DNA from: a bacterium
GTDB lineage: Bacteria; Hydrothermota; 32-111
Length of the DNA stretch: 64,000 nt
Direction: 5' to 3'
NCBI GenBank assembly: GCA_050239825.1
Contig: JBFXGO010000002.1
Span: 13,490 to 77,489, forward strand
Shown here: positions 20,144-30,651 of the stretch, in pieces
How positions within the stretch are numbered: the stretch's first letter is position 1
How the letters are laid out: each line of letters begins with the position of its first letter
Notes under the pieces: model-generated
Seen by the model: the letters and a program-made list of their open reading frames with translations, nothing else
Database searches by the model: none
Told to the model about the DNA's origin: nothing
Translations under genes and position numbers: made by a program

Positions 20144-21397
20144 ATGAAAAGATTTATACCATTGATTCTTGCAATACTGCTCATTGCAGCCGGCTGCACA
20201 TTTAAACCGTATGACGGAGCCGACTATTCGGCAAATTTTGAACCGGCATTAACCGGAGTGAAACCAATGAACATCACAGGGTCAACACCCGCCAATGAGG
20301 GCAATATTCAGGACACAGATGGGGACACCGGAGATGTCGAAGGCATCATCTATGTTTATTTCAACGACTATCTCTCTTCAAGCGTTGTGAATGCAACAAA
20401 TTTCGAACTTATGGAGAACAACTCCGACGGAAGCATTGAGGATATCACTGTTAAATATGAGAAGAATTTCAAGAGAGTAAAGATAACAGCTACATTTGCA
20501 AACGGAGCAACATACTCTCTTAGAATTTCAGGAGACCTTGTATCTGACGGAGGATGTTTCCTTGACGGCAATGGAAATGATATAGACGATGATTCTCCAT
20601 ACGATGATGTTTACTTTCAGTTTAGAACCGGAGGAGCATCTGACTGGGCAGACCACAAACACCCTGAATTGAATACACTGATTCCCAACGGAGGAGATGT
20701 CAATGTTGATGATATGTTCTTAGTCTCTTTCGACGAATATGTGGACTCGGAAGCGCTTGTAGAAAATGTCTCACTCATCCGCGAAAGCAATGAAAATGAG
20801 GAAGACCTTGAGCTTCTACTTTATTTCGGAAATGGAGCGATATTCGGAGTAGAAGGCGGAGATTCTCTTGCAGAGAGACAGGCATATACTCTTACAGTAA
20901 AATGCAGTGAAATTACAGACACTTTTGGAAATGTCGCGCTTCCACCAGACTACCCTTATTCTGCGAAGATTCCGGATTTCAGCTCAAGATTCATGACAAA
21001 CTCGTTCAGCGGTGATGATTACACCCCGCCGACGGCAAATGTTTCATTCTCGGGGGGCGCACCATTCCTTACAATAAACTTCAGTGAAGCAATGAACATC
21101 ACAACTTTGACATCAGCAAACATAAAATTTTACGCTGATTTCGGAAACGGTCCTGTATATGTGCCGGGTGAACTTTCAATACATCCGGACACTTCAGCTG
21201 TCGACTATTCTCTGATAAATTTGAACTGGGATGATTTCAATCAGGGACTTATAGTAATACAGAAAGAGGTGACAGACAATTCAGACAAGAACTGGCAGCT
21301 TGATGCAAATGGAAACGGCATAGGCGGAGAAGATGCTGACCTTAACAGGGAGTTTTTCAATTCAGAAGAATCTGACATCTATTATGAATGGTTTTAA
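20144..21397 (+). CDS. Acidic lipoprotein with three Ig-like (Big_5/SbsA-type) repeats
   Basis: Lipobox IAAGC; repeated VxFND/FDE/FSE...YxLxI motifs; LDGNGN and LDANGNG motifs. Confidence 0.7.
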   Translation: MKRFIPLILAILLIAAGCTFKPYDGADYSANFEPALTGVKPMNITGSTPANEGNIQDTDGDTGDVEGIIYVYFNDYLSSSVVNATNFELMENNSDGSIEDITVKYEKNFKRVKITATFANGATYSLRISGDLVSDGGCFLDGNGNDIDDDSPYDDVYFQFRTGGASDWADHKHPELNTLIPNGGDVNVDDMFLVSFDEYVDSEALVENVSLIRESNENEEDLELLLYFGNGAIFGVEGGDSLAERQAYTLTVKCSEITDTFGNVALPPDYPYSAKIPDFSSRFMTNSFSGDDYTPPTANVSFSGGAPFLTINFSEAMNITTLTSANIKFYADFGNGPVYVPGELSIHPDTSAVDYSLINLNWDDFNQGLIVIQKEVTDNSDKNWQLDANGNGIGGEDADLNREFFNSEESDIYYEWF

Positions 21398-21412
21398 TTA
21401 ACCGCACCAAAT

Positions 21413-21441
21413 AAAAAGGGGGCTTCAAGCCCCCTTTTTTT
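21413..21441. terminator. Bidirectional terminator between convergent genes
   Basis: AAAAAGGGGGC-TTCAA-GCCCCCTTTTTTT. Confidence 0.9.
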
Positions 21442-21454
21442 ATTCTCTGTTTTG

Positions 21455-24214
21455 CTATTTAACTATCGCCACTTTCTTCAAATACCTCTTATCTGAAAAT
21501 TCAACATTCACAAAATAGACTCCCGCCAATAACTCTTTCCCGAAAGAGATTCTCTGGGATCCGCCGTTTACCAAGATATCTTTTTTTACTATAACTCTGC
21601 CTGCGATGTCTATTAAAGAGATTTTTGCAAGACCTTTCTTTTCACCCGAAAAAGCAACATTGACATTGTTCATGTTTGATGTTACCGAAAAGAAGAGTTC
21701 AGGTTGAATCTCCCTATCTATGCAGACGGATGAGATGTCTCCAAACATCTGAAGAATGTTTTTCACGAGATTTTTGGCATCAGCGGTATTCATGTAAAAA
21801 AGCGGAGCCGCAACTATTACAACTGATGTATCTGCGGTGGCTATAATCAAAGGCTTTCCTCCAAAGAGAGTATCTCCGGAAAATGAATGGTAAAAACCTT
21901 TTGCCTGCGAACCAGATGTAAGAGAGAAGATTCCTCCATAGTACATCTTCCCCTCTCCCCTCGGAAGTTTTGTCTCTAAAAACCTAATTGTATCAGTCTC
22001 GCCATTCATTGTATAGTTTATAAAGTCAAGGTCATACAGAGTATTTCTGTTGTAAGAATCTATTCCGAGAAGAGTTCTTGCCTTTGAATTGGAATCAGAG
22101 TATGCGGGAAATGATACCGGATATTCCAATATAGATTTTCCTATATTCCATCCGGCAAGTGCAACTCTTCCTCCCGCTTCAACATACCTGTAAAGGTCTT
22201 CATAATCGATTTTATTGAGGCTGAGATCATCATCAATATAAAGAATCCTCTTGTAGAGTGCGAATTCCACAAGAGTCGTCTTTGCCAGAGAATCAGCGTC
22301 GATAATATCAAATGCAAAATTACCCATAATTGAATCGTAGAAGGCATCCGTTGCTCCGTCAAGAGCTGTTCCTCCGTTATTTGTTTCGTCAATAACCAGA
22401 AGCTCCTTCACCCTGCTCACAATCCTGGTTTCCAGTGTATCAGAGAAGGCGGACTCGTAGCCGTCCGTATCAACAGCTGTCACTGTATATCTGAAAACGG
22501 AAGTATCCGAGAGCATCAAATCAATGTAGAGTGTGTCCGCAGTCGTATCTATTTCAGAGAATGAAGAATTGTTGATACTTCTGTATATTCTATAAAAAGA
22601 TATATCTCCTGCATTTGATTTATGGAATGAGAGATATATGTTTGAACTGTCTCCGTATGCGTCTATACATTTTATTCTGTTGGGGACAAATGACGGCCGC
22701 ACAGTATCTGTTGCCTCCGAGAAGGCTTCTATACCGGTTGTGTCAATCGGAGATATTCTGAATGTATAAAGAGCTCCGGGTACAAGAGATAACACTGTGT
22801 AGTCGTTCGTATCCGGCGCATCCGAGAATTGCTCAGAGGTGTCTCCCTCCTTTTTATAGTAAATTCTGTATGATTCTATGTCTGTGTTTATGGTCTTTGT
22901 CCATGACACATCAATCGAAGAATCTCCATTGTCCAAAAGAGTGAATTCGGTTACAGGAAGAGGCATCTGCGAAAGATAATAGACTGTTGCAGTTCCCGCC
23001 TGCACAAGCTCCTTCATGTAGTCAAAATTCAAAAGCCCTATTGAATCCATGGGTGAATGATATACGGGAGAAAAATCATACTCTATTGCAAATGCAGATT
23101 TGAAGCCAGCCATGTCAAAAGGATAGTGGTCGCTTCCGGAACTTGAACCCAAAACGTGAGTCGTAAGTGTCGTGAATGTGTCTGCCATCATTGCAAATAT
23201 ATTTTTCAACGGTAAGGAGTGCGCCATGCCATAAAGGTCATAGTGGTATGATGCAGAGGGATTGTACCCTATCATGTCAAAGTTGACCATTCCGAGAACA
23301 TGCATGTTGTTCGGTATGATAAAGTCATTGACAAAATAATCTGAACCGTAGAGACCCCACTCTTCTGCCGTAAAAAGCACAAAGTAAATGTCATAATCGC
23401 TCTCTATACCCATCAATGCTCTCGCCGCCTCCAAGACACCGGCGGAACCTGATGCATTGTCATCCGCTCCCGGGGCAATATTGTAATTTGAAGAGTAATC
23501 ATCATAGTGTGCGCCAATCACTATGCAAGTATCATGGGAAATCAAACCTCTTTTAAGACCAACAACATTCTTTACATAGTATGTTGAGACAAAAAAGTCC
23601 TGTCCATAAACCGAATCAAATCCCATTGAGTCCATTACTCCTTTAAGATAGATATAGGCAGTATCAAGCCACGTTGTTACCATCACTCTTGATTTGCTGT
23701 ATGTGCCCTGCGGATATGCATCTTCACCGCTTAAAACAGCGACATAATCATAGAGGGTGTCCGAAGAGATTATATTTATTATAGAATCTATTTCACTCAT
23801 AATTGATTTTTCACTGTCAAGATTTGCAGTATATAGGTAATCCAAAGTTTTTTTAGATGGTCTGGCAAAGGAGAGCTTGTATAGCTCCCATAATCCTCTT
23901 TCTCCCTGTAAAGGCATTCTGTCAAGAAGAAGAACCGAACTTTCAAAATCAGCATAGAGAAAATCCGGAACATATTTCACGCTTCTATCTTTTCCTACAG
24001 TAGCAATATAATACTCTTTATCTTTTTCATAAGGAATCTTTTTTATGATTTCTTTTCCTTCTACCGCGCCTGATGAAATACCTATTTTGAAAGTTTCAAG
24101 GTCATAATATTCTGTGACTCCTTCAACAACTCCCCTGTAAATAACTATCTCATCCGCTGAGAGAAAAAAGATTGAAAAGAACAAGAGAAAAATCGGCAGT
24201 ATTTTTTTCATCAA
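21455..24214 (-). CDS. Secreted M28 aminopeptidase with two fibronectin type III domains and Por-type C-terminal domain
   Basis: GAHYD, GADDNASG, AEEWGLYGS, NFDMIG, SDH, YHS; FN3 motifs (W...Y.IY...Y.F.I); tail DIAGR...AGVYFV...KKVAIVK. Confidence 0.9.
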   Translation of the reverse strand: MMKKILPIFLLFFSIFFLSADEIVIYRGVVEGVTEYYDLETFKIGISSGAVEGKEIIKKIPYEKDKEYYIATVGKDRSVKYVPDFLYADFESSVLLLDRMPLQGERGLWELYKLSFARPSKKTLDYLYTANLDSEKSIMSEIDSIINIISSDTLYDYVAVLSGEDAYPQGTYSKSRVMVTTWLDTAYIYLKGVMDSMGFDSVYGQDFFVSTYYVKNVVGLKRGLISHDTCIVIGAHYDDYSSNYNIAPGADDNASGSAGVLEAARALMGIESDYDIYFVLFTAEEWGLYGSDYFVNDFIIPNNMHVLGMVNFDMIGYNPSASYHYDLYGMAHSLPLKNIFAMMADTFTTLTTHVLGSSSGSDHYPFDMAGFKSAFAIEYDFSPVYHSPMDSIGLLNFDYMKELVQAGTATVYYLSQMPLPVTEFTLLDNGDSSIDVSWTKTINTDIESYRIYYKKEGDTSEQFSDAPDTNDYTVLSLVPGALYTFRISPIDTTGIEAFSEATDTVRPSFVPNRIKCIDAYGDSSNIYLSFHKSNAGDISFYRIYRSINNSSFSEIDTTADTLYIDLMLSDTSVFRYTVTAVDTDGYESAFSDTLETRIVSRVKELLVIDETNNGGTALDGATDAFYDSIMGNFAFDIIDADSLAKTTLVEFALYKRILYIDDDLSLNKIDYEDLYRYVEAGGRVALAGWNIGKSILEYPVSFPAYSDSNSKARTLLGIDSYNRNTLYDLDFINYTMNGETDTIRFLETKLPRGEGKMYYGGIFSLTSGSQAKGFYHSFSGDTLFGGKPLIIATADTSVVIVAAPLFYMNTADAKNLVKNILQMFGDISSVCIDREIQPELFFSVTSNMNNVNVAFSGEKKGLAKISLIDIAGRVIVKKDILVNGGSQRISFGKELLAGVYFVNVEFSDKRYLKKVAIVK

Positions 24215-24272
24215 ATCTCCTTTTTTTATTATTTATAATATAATCACAATTGTACTTATTTCAATATTGAAA

Positions 24273-26702
24273 TCAATAAAAACCGCACTCCTTTATTCCA
24301 TTATACCCTTCTTTAATAACATCTTCTCCAAATATCATATATTCAGTCATATAAACTCCGGAGGAGAGCGGAAGAAAGAGTGTTGCTCTGGACTGTGCCT
24401 CTCTTGTCTGTCCTATGAATCCTGCTATAAGATTATTGTTTTTTGTCTTCTTGCAGAAGATCATAGAGGTGTTTGTTGTTATAAATCGCTTCCCTTCATC
24501 AACTATCAGGTCATCCGTCATTTTAACCGAGAGTTTTTCAAAGATTTTCCTTGCTTCCGTGCCCTCTTTGGGGATACCTATAAATACAATGTTTTTGCTT
24601 TCTTTTTCATCAACCATTGAATCGGCCATCAAATTTAAAATTCCTCTGCATTTTACGGCAAACAGATTGCTTATATATGCCGCCTGAGATTCTGTTATAT
24701 CCGAAATTGAATCATTTGTTGAATAAACTAAAATAAAGGGTCTTTGGAACGCATAGTTTATCAGGGTATAATCATGACTCTCTATGGGTTTTTTACACAA
24801 TGTGAATCTGTCATTCTTCATACAAAAAGAGATTTTTTTAGCAGGGGTCACAGAAAACTCATCTTTGTCTATGACAATTTTCACTTTGCCGCTGTAGGCT
24901 TTATCAACATTTAAAAGAGTGAATCCCTCGACATTATTTGTTTTTATGACAATTTCATTCAGATTAAGCTCTGCATCAATGCGCGATTTGTGATATTTTT
25001 TCTTTTGTCTGTCTATCCTCACAAAATCAGAGGAATCCGAAACAAAGAGCGAGTATGTTGCAAAACTCATACTCCTTGATAAAACCGCTTTCTTTGATTG
25101 CTCAATAAAGTGTTTAATTTTATCGGAATCAACGCAGTCAATGCCTGCCGTAGAGTCTAAGTCAAACCAGTGCTTTTCTTGAGGATATTCAAGGATCTGA
25201 GTTTCATTATTTTCTGCCTTAACTGCATTGTAAAAGATTCTCGACTGATACACAGGCACATTGTCATCCGACTCTCCGTGAACGAGAAGAACATCCGTAT
25301 TCCTCAGGTTTTCTATAAAACAGAGTGGATTTTCAAAATCCTTCAAGAGGTCTATGTTTTCCCTCACACTGCTGTTGCCGAACATATTCAGCCTCTGCAT
25401 GTTTTGAGGCATGTATGTATTGAAATTGATCCATCCGGCAGAGGGAACTATCCCGGAAAAGATGTGCGCATAGAGAGCTCCGAGATACATTGCGCCATGC
25501 CCCCCCATGGAGTGTCCCGTCAGGGTAATTCTACTCTCGTCAATTAAATATTTCTCCTTTATTTTCTCAAGAACTTCAAGAAAATCTATCCTTCCAAAAT
25601 CCTGCCAGTCAAAACCGTATTCTCCCCTGTTTGTCGGGCAGACAAGGATTCCATTCTCCATCTCTCTGTATGAAGATGCCTGCCCCTCAGCTTTAACTCC
25701 AGCCCCGTGGAGAGAGAGAGTCAATGGGGCGGGCTTATTGTCTGAAAAATTTTTCGGAAGTCTTATAGCATAATATTGAATTGAAGAATCCATTGCAGAA
25801 ATAAAAGTTTCACGCCTGACATCTTTTAGTTTTTTAACCTGAAGATTCAAACTCTCATTGTAAACCGTTTCACACGCTTCTATGGTCATTTGCACAACCT
25901 GGAGATTCTTCTCTTTGTGAACTCTCCTCATTTCGAGTTTTATAGGTATGTTCTTTACTCCGAGAGAAGGGATTGTATCAAAAATTGTTTGAAAAAAGAA
26001 TGTAGAATCATTCTCATTATGAGAAATTTCAATATCCATCCGAGTCAGTCCCGCATTCATCACTTGAACAGAGACCCAGCCGAGCATCAAAGAATCTTCA
26101 ATTATATCAAACACGACAGAGGCAGAATCATTGAAAATAAATGGTGTTTCCGCTGAATATACTTCAATATATGCATCGGCATAGCCATAGTAACCGCTTA
26201 ATATAAAAGAAAATTTATTGATTCCCTTTTCAAGTAGAACGGGAGTTAAGATCTTCCGATTGCTGTATGGAGATGCCTGATACTTGATTGAATTTACAAA
26301 AAAATTCGAAACCCCTCCGGCATAAATGAGAGCAATCCTCCTTTCATCAGATTCAATAGAAGAGAAGGCATAATATAAGGATAGAATCCCCGGGAACCCC
26401 ATAGCTTCGTAAGCATTACTGAAAGCAAGAGTGTCGTGACTCAGGTGGATTTCATTATTTTTTGACTTATAATCCCAAAAATACAAATCTTTCGGTTCAT
26501 AAAATCTGTAAGAGGAAGTCCATTCTTCATACATTTCAATCTCCGGATAGAATGGAATCTCTGCAACACCCTCTTTGGGGGCAAAATTCAAAGGACCGAG
26601 AATCTTCCACTCCCTTAAACCCGAAATGTTTGATAGTTCCACACCCTGCAAAGATAAAAGCAGAAAGAGAAAAACTACGGAAAGAATGAGTATTCTGTTC
26701 AC
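24273..26702 (-). CDS. Secreted alpha/beta hydrolase (prolyl oligopeptidase/esterase family)
   Basis: LSLHGAG, DWQDFG, GHSMGGHG, HGESDDNVP, KHW. Confidence 0.85.
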   Translation of the reverse strand: MNRILILSVVFLFLLLSLQGVELSNISGLREWKILGPLNFAPKEGVAEIPFYPEIEMYEEWTSSYRFYEPKDLYFWDYKSKNNEIHLSHDTLAFSNAYEAMGFPGILSLYYAFSSIESDERRIALIYAGGVSNFFVNSIKYQASPYSNRKILTPVLLEKGINKFSFILSGYYGYADAYIEVYSAETPFIFNDSASVVFDIIEDSLMLGWVSVQVMNAGLTRMDIEISHNENDSTFFFQTIFDTIPSLGVKNIPIKLEMRRVHKEKNLQVVQMTIEACETVYNESLNLQVKKLKDVRRETFISAMDSSIQYYAIRLPKNFSDNKPAPLTLSLHGAGVKAEGQASSYREMENGILVCPTNRGEYGFDWQDFGRIDFLEVLEKIKEKYLIDESRITLTGHSMGGHGAMYLGALYAHIFSGIVPSAGWINFNTYMPQNMQRLNMFGNSSVRENIDLLKDFENPLCFIENLRNTDVLLVHGESDDNVPVYQSRIFYNAVKAENNETQILEYPQEKHWFDLDSTAGIDCVDSDKIKHFIEQSKKAVLSRSMSFATYSLFVSDSSDFVRIDRQKKKYHKSRIDAELNLNEIVIKTNNVEGFTLLNVDKAYSGKVKIVIDKDEFSVTPAKKISFCMKNDRFTLCKKPIESHDYTLINYAFQRPFILVYSTNDSISDITESQAAYISNLFAVKCRGILNLMADSMVDEKESKNIVFIGIPKEGTEARKIFEKLSVKMTDDLIVDEGKRFITTNTSMIFCKKTKNNNLIAGFIGQTREAQSRATLFLPLSSGVYMTEYMIFGEDVIKEGYNGIKECGFY

Positions 26703-28354
26703 AAACTCCTCTTTCTGAGAGATTTCAGGGCGGCAGAGTAAAGAAATACAAAAAGAATCATGGTAATAATAAATACAACAGCTATTGCATAAAAAAAGTT
26801 GACATTGTTGAATTCAATTCTTTTGAATGCATACTCAAAATATGTTTTTGTCGGATTTGAGAGAATTCCGAGGGTGAGACCTATATATGCAAGAGATGAT
26901 ATAGCGGATATTATTCCTCCGAATCCACTAGCTATCTTTGAAGGGTTTGTCTCTGTAAACTCCGGAAGAAGGGCTCCTATGCCTGTATTTATTATCGTTA
27001 TTCCAAATGATACAATAAAGGTGACAACCATTGAAACAAGAACGACAATTCTGTCTATAGACAAAAACGCATTTGTCCCCACGATAAGAATCTGTCCTAA
27101 AACGCTTATCACTATGAAATTAAAAACAAGCTTCGCATTAAAATAATCCCTTATATTCACACTGCTCTTTATAAGAGAGAATGTCCGTCCCTCAAGCGAT
27201 ATCAATGGAAATATGAATCTGACCGAGAGAGTCGCCATTATGTATGTCGAAAATCCTATGTTAGCAAATGCCAGAATGTAGGTATAGAATGGCGTCTTAA
27301 AATAAATGGGGCTTCTCACAATGCTTATGCCGTAAAAAAGGAGAAGCAGAAGAAAGGTTACGGACTGCCCCCACTGAGACGGGTCCCTAAGAAAGACAAG
27401 CATGTCCTTCTGCATAAGAAGGGCAATGCGGTTCTCTCTGAATACGGTTGGAAAGTCCATTCGGTTTTTGTGTTTGACGCTTCTTCTGCTTGTTTTTTCA
27501 TACGACACATATTTACTGCTGTACAGTTTCATGAATATAAAAGTTGCCGCTATCGTCGGAATGAGATAAGCCGTCAGAAGCATGAGATAAAAGAGGTTGC
27601 TCCTATCCATTCTCTTGTTAAATATCATCTCTATGACTATTCCGGAGGGCAGATACTTGAATTGCTCTACTTCAAGAGATGAAATGAACCTTTCTGCTTC
27701 GTAAAGGTCTGCATTTCTCGGAAGATTGAACAAATCGGAGGATTTCATGAAAAATATAGCTATAATTATAATAACCAATACAAGAACAACCGTTATGATT
27801 ATGTTGCCTATTGATTTTTTTCTGAAAAATTCGGAGAGCATGAATGAGATAAACACTCCGACCGAGACTGCGATGAAGACCATTGTGAGAAAGAGAGCTG
27901 TTGACTTCAAGGTAAACCCGGCGCCGAAAGCAAACGCGCGGCTGAGAGCAAGCATGAGGGGTATCGAAATCATAAGAGTCGCCCATGATGCAAAAATTCC
28001 GTTTTCGATAAGCTTTATAATGAAGATTTTCTTCGGATTTATCGGTGTCGTGAACAAAAACTCAAGTTCCGGCGTGCGGAAGAATGTTGTTACGGATGTC
28101 ACAACGCTTGACATCATAAGCATAATAAAGAATGTGGAAAACATTATAGAGACAAGCCTCTGTGTTATGCTGTACCCTATTTCCGGATCCGACTGCAGGA
28201 GAAATGAAAATATCTTGTAAAAAATGAAATAGTTGAAATATAAAAATACTGAAATAACGCAGAAATATGTGAGAAGCCTGACGAAAGACTTTAAGTCGTG
28301 CGCTATGATTGACCTGAAAAATGTTTTCAGTCGTATAAGAATTATTTCATTCAT
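26699..28354 (-). CDS. ABC exporter permease
   Basis: About 12 hydrophobic segments; ELEFLFTTP, KDMLVFLRDP, SLEG; adjacent to an ABC ATPase. Confidence 0.85.
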   Translation of the reverse strand: MNEIILIRLKTFFRSIIAHDLKSFVRLLTYFCVISVFLYFNYFIFYKIFSFLLQSDPEIGYSITQRLVSIMFSTFFIMLMMSSVVTSVTTFFRTPELEFLFTTPINPKKIFIIKLIENGIFASWATLMISIPLMLALSRAFAFGAGFTLKSTALFLTMVFIAVSVGVFISFMLSEFFRKKSIGNIIITVVLVLVIIIIAIFFMKSSDLFNLPRNADLYEAERFISSLEVEQFKYLPSGIVIEMIFNKRMDRSNLFYLMLLTAYLIPTIAATFIFMKLYSSKYVSYEKTSRRSVKHKNRMDFPTVFRENRIALLMQKDMLVFLRDPSQWGQSVTFLLLLLFYGISIVRSPIYFKTPFYTYILAFANIGFSTYIMATLSVRFIFPLISLEGRTFSLIKSSVNIRDYFNAKLVFNFIVISVLGQILIVGTNAFLSIDRIVVLVSMVVTFIVSFGITIINTGIGALLPEFTETNPSKIASGFGGIISAISSLAYIGLTLGILSNPTKTYFEYAFKRIEFNNVNFFYAIAVVFIITMILFVFLYSAALKSLRKRSL

Positions 28355-29090
28355 TGTTCTTCGTTATCTCCAGAAAAATATCTTCAAGATTATTCTTCTT
28401 TATTTTGTTTTTCAAATCCTTTATCTCTCCAAAATAAACAAGCTTTCCCCTGTCCATGATTCCTATCTTATTGCATATCTCCTCCGCAAGAGAGAGCGTG
28501 TGTGTCGACACAAAGAGAATCCTGTCCTCCTGAGCAACACGTTTGAAGAGGTCTTTGACTATTCTGCTTGATTTCGGGTCAAGACCAACCATAGGTTCAT
28601 CTACAAGAAGTATGTTCGGATTGTGTATGAAAGCCGATGCTATCACTATCCTTTGTTTCATCCCATGCGAATACTCTTCGGTTCTCGCATCCATATAATC
28701 CGCAAACTCCATCTCTCTGGAATAGAATTCTATCTTCTTCTCAATGTCCGCCTCTTTCATTCCATATATTCTTCCGACAAAATAAAGAAACTCCCTTCCT
28801 GTAAGTTTGTCGTAGAGAAACGGAGTATCAGGCACATACCCTATTCTTTTTTTGCTTATATCCGAATAGTTTTCGGCATTCCGATTATTTATTTCTATTG
28901 TCCCGCTTTGATAGTTGAGAAGCCCCGAAATGCACTTTATTGTAGTTGTCTTGCCTGCCCCATTTGGTCCGATAAATCCGAAAATGTCGCCCCCTTCAAT
29001 AAATAGATTAAGGTCTTCAACCGCGGTCGTTTTTCCGTATTTTTTTGTAAGATGTTCAATCTTCAGCGATATTTTTTCTTTCTCTTCCAT
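28347..29090 (-). CDS. ABC transporter ATP-binding protein
   Basis: GPNGAGKTT, YSHGMKQR, LLVDEP, STH. Confidence 0.95.
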   Translation of the reverse strand: MEEKEKISLKIEHLTKKYGKTTAVEDLNLFIEGGDIFGFIGPNGAGKTTTIKCISGLLNYQSGTIEINNRNAENYSDISKKRIGYVPDTPFLYDKLTGREFLYFVGRIYGMKEADIEKKIEFYSREMEFADYMDARTEEYSHGMKQRIVIASAFIHNPNILLVDEPMVGLDPKSSRIVKDLFKRVAQEDRILFVSTHTLSLAEEICNKIGIMDRGKLVYFGEIKDLKNKIKKNNLEDIFLEITKNNE

Positions 29091-30651
29091 TTTTCATCTT
29101 CTCCATTTTAATTTTTCTCAGTTTGTTTGCGAATCTGTGCGCCTCATCTCTGATTGATTTTATAAGAGTTGCTCCCGAAGTTCTTCCGTTAAGCATTATC
29201 TCTCTTCCTTCCGAATCATATAGAATATCAAATCTTTTAGCCAGAGCGAAAACATCCAAATCCCTGCCTGTCTCTTTTACAATCTTCATGCAGGAGGAGA
29301 GCTGTCCGAGTCCTCCGTCAATAATTATCATGTCAACAGGATGTTTTTCGAGATACCTGAAAAGCATTCTGCTCAAAGCAAGATAATCATTGTTGCCTAT
29401 TTCTTCGAGATTATAGTACCTGTAAAGACTCTTATAGGGTTTCCCGTCTTTGAATGCGACAACAGCTCCGGATGTCCACTCTCCGTTTACATGAGATATG
29501 TCGATGCCAACAATGTACTCCGGAATTCTTTTGAGATGCAGGTCTTCCCGTAGCTGTAAAACCGCCTTTGAAACAAACCTTTTGTTTATCGAAAAATAGA
29601 GTTCATTCTTTGCATTTTCAAGCGCTGTCTCATACAATCCATATTCATAAGATTTTTTTCCAACCTCTTTAACCTCAATATCCCTTTCTCTCATAACATC
29701 TTTTTTCACATCCTCTACAGATGCTCCCTCAACAAATATAACTTTAAAATCAAAATCCGTTGTTGTCATGTAGTATTCGGAGAGTATCTCTATCGCTACG
29801 GTTTCATCATCAAGTAGCGGATTGGCTGAAAATCTTTTTGTTATTATCTCATGTACTGTTCCGTTCCTCAGCTTCAAAACAGAAAATGCTCCCGAACTTT
29901 TTTCTCTCGCCATGGCGAAAATATCGGCATTTTTTCCTTTTAAGCCGGTCTTCTTTCCCCGTCTCATCTCTCGTTTGATAAAAGAAATGGTATCCCGTAT
30001 CAATGCCGCAGATTCAAAATCCTCTGAATCCGCATTCTTCTTCATCTCCTCTTCAAGCTCTTTAAGTATCTCCCTTGTGCCTCCGTTGAGAATTCTGCGT
30101 ATTTTCTGCATCTTCTCCGGATATACAGCCTGCTCCTCCCCGAATTCACAGACCCCTGCACAATTGCCCATTTGATGCTCTATGCACGCCTTCTTGGGCA
30201 ATTTTTTCTTGCATGTTCTGAGTTTATAAATCTTGTTGATGTTTTCAACAAGAGTCTTTACATAGAGTCCGGAGGTGAAGGGCCCGAAAAACAGCCCTTC
30301 CTTCTCTGCGGCATAAGTATAAGAGAGGCGCGGATACTCTTCCTTTGAGAGCATTATGTAGGGATATTTGCTTGAATCTTTCAGTTTTACATTATACTTC
30401 GGCTTGTTTGCGGAAATAAGATTGTATTCAAGTATAAGAGCCTGCTGTTCCGATTCCGTTATGCTGAATTCTATTTTTTTCGTCTCTCTTTTTATGAATT
30501 CAATCTGAGGGCGGGTGTCTTGATTGCCTGTGAAATACTGCTTGACTCTCTGTTTCAGCGAGTTGGCTTTCCCTATATAAATTATTTTACCTTCACTATT
30601 TTTAAATATATAGACGCCGGTTTTGTCTGGAACAGCTTCAAAATCAATCAT
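29056..30651 (-). CDS. uvrC: Excinuclease ABC subunit C (no C-terminal HhH domain)
   Basis: GVY...IYIGKA GIY-YIG, PKYNV, UVR domain FESAALIRD, DISH, IDGGLGQ, RDEAHRFA. Confidence 0.92.
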   Translation of the reverse strand: MIDFEAVPDKTGVYIFKNSEGKIIYIGKANSLKQRVKQYFTGNQDTRPQIEFIKRETKKIEFSITESEQQALILEYNLISANKPKYNVKLKDSSKYPYIMLSKEEYPRLSYTYAAEKEGLFFGPFTSGLYVKTLVENINKIYKLRTCKKKLPKKACIEHQMGNCAGVCEFGEEQAVYPEKMQKIRRILNGGTREILKELEEEMKKNADSEDFESAALIRDTISFIKREMRRGKKTGLKGKNADIFAMAREKSSGAFSVLKLRNGTVHEIITKRFSANPLLDDETVAIEILSEYYMTTTDFDFKVIFVEGASVEDVKKDVMRERDIEVKEVGKKSYEYGLYETALENAKNELYFSINKRFVSKAVLQLREDLHLKRIPEYIVGIDISHVNGEWTSGAVVAFKDGKPYKSLYRYYNLEEIGNNDYLALSRMLFRYLEKHPVDMIIIDGGLGQLSSCMKIVKETGRDLDVFALAKRFDILYDSEGREIMLNGRTSGATLIKSIRDEAHRFANKLRKIKMEKMKNGRERKNIAED

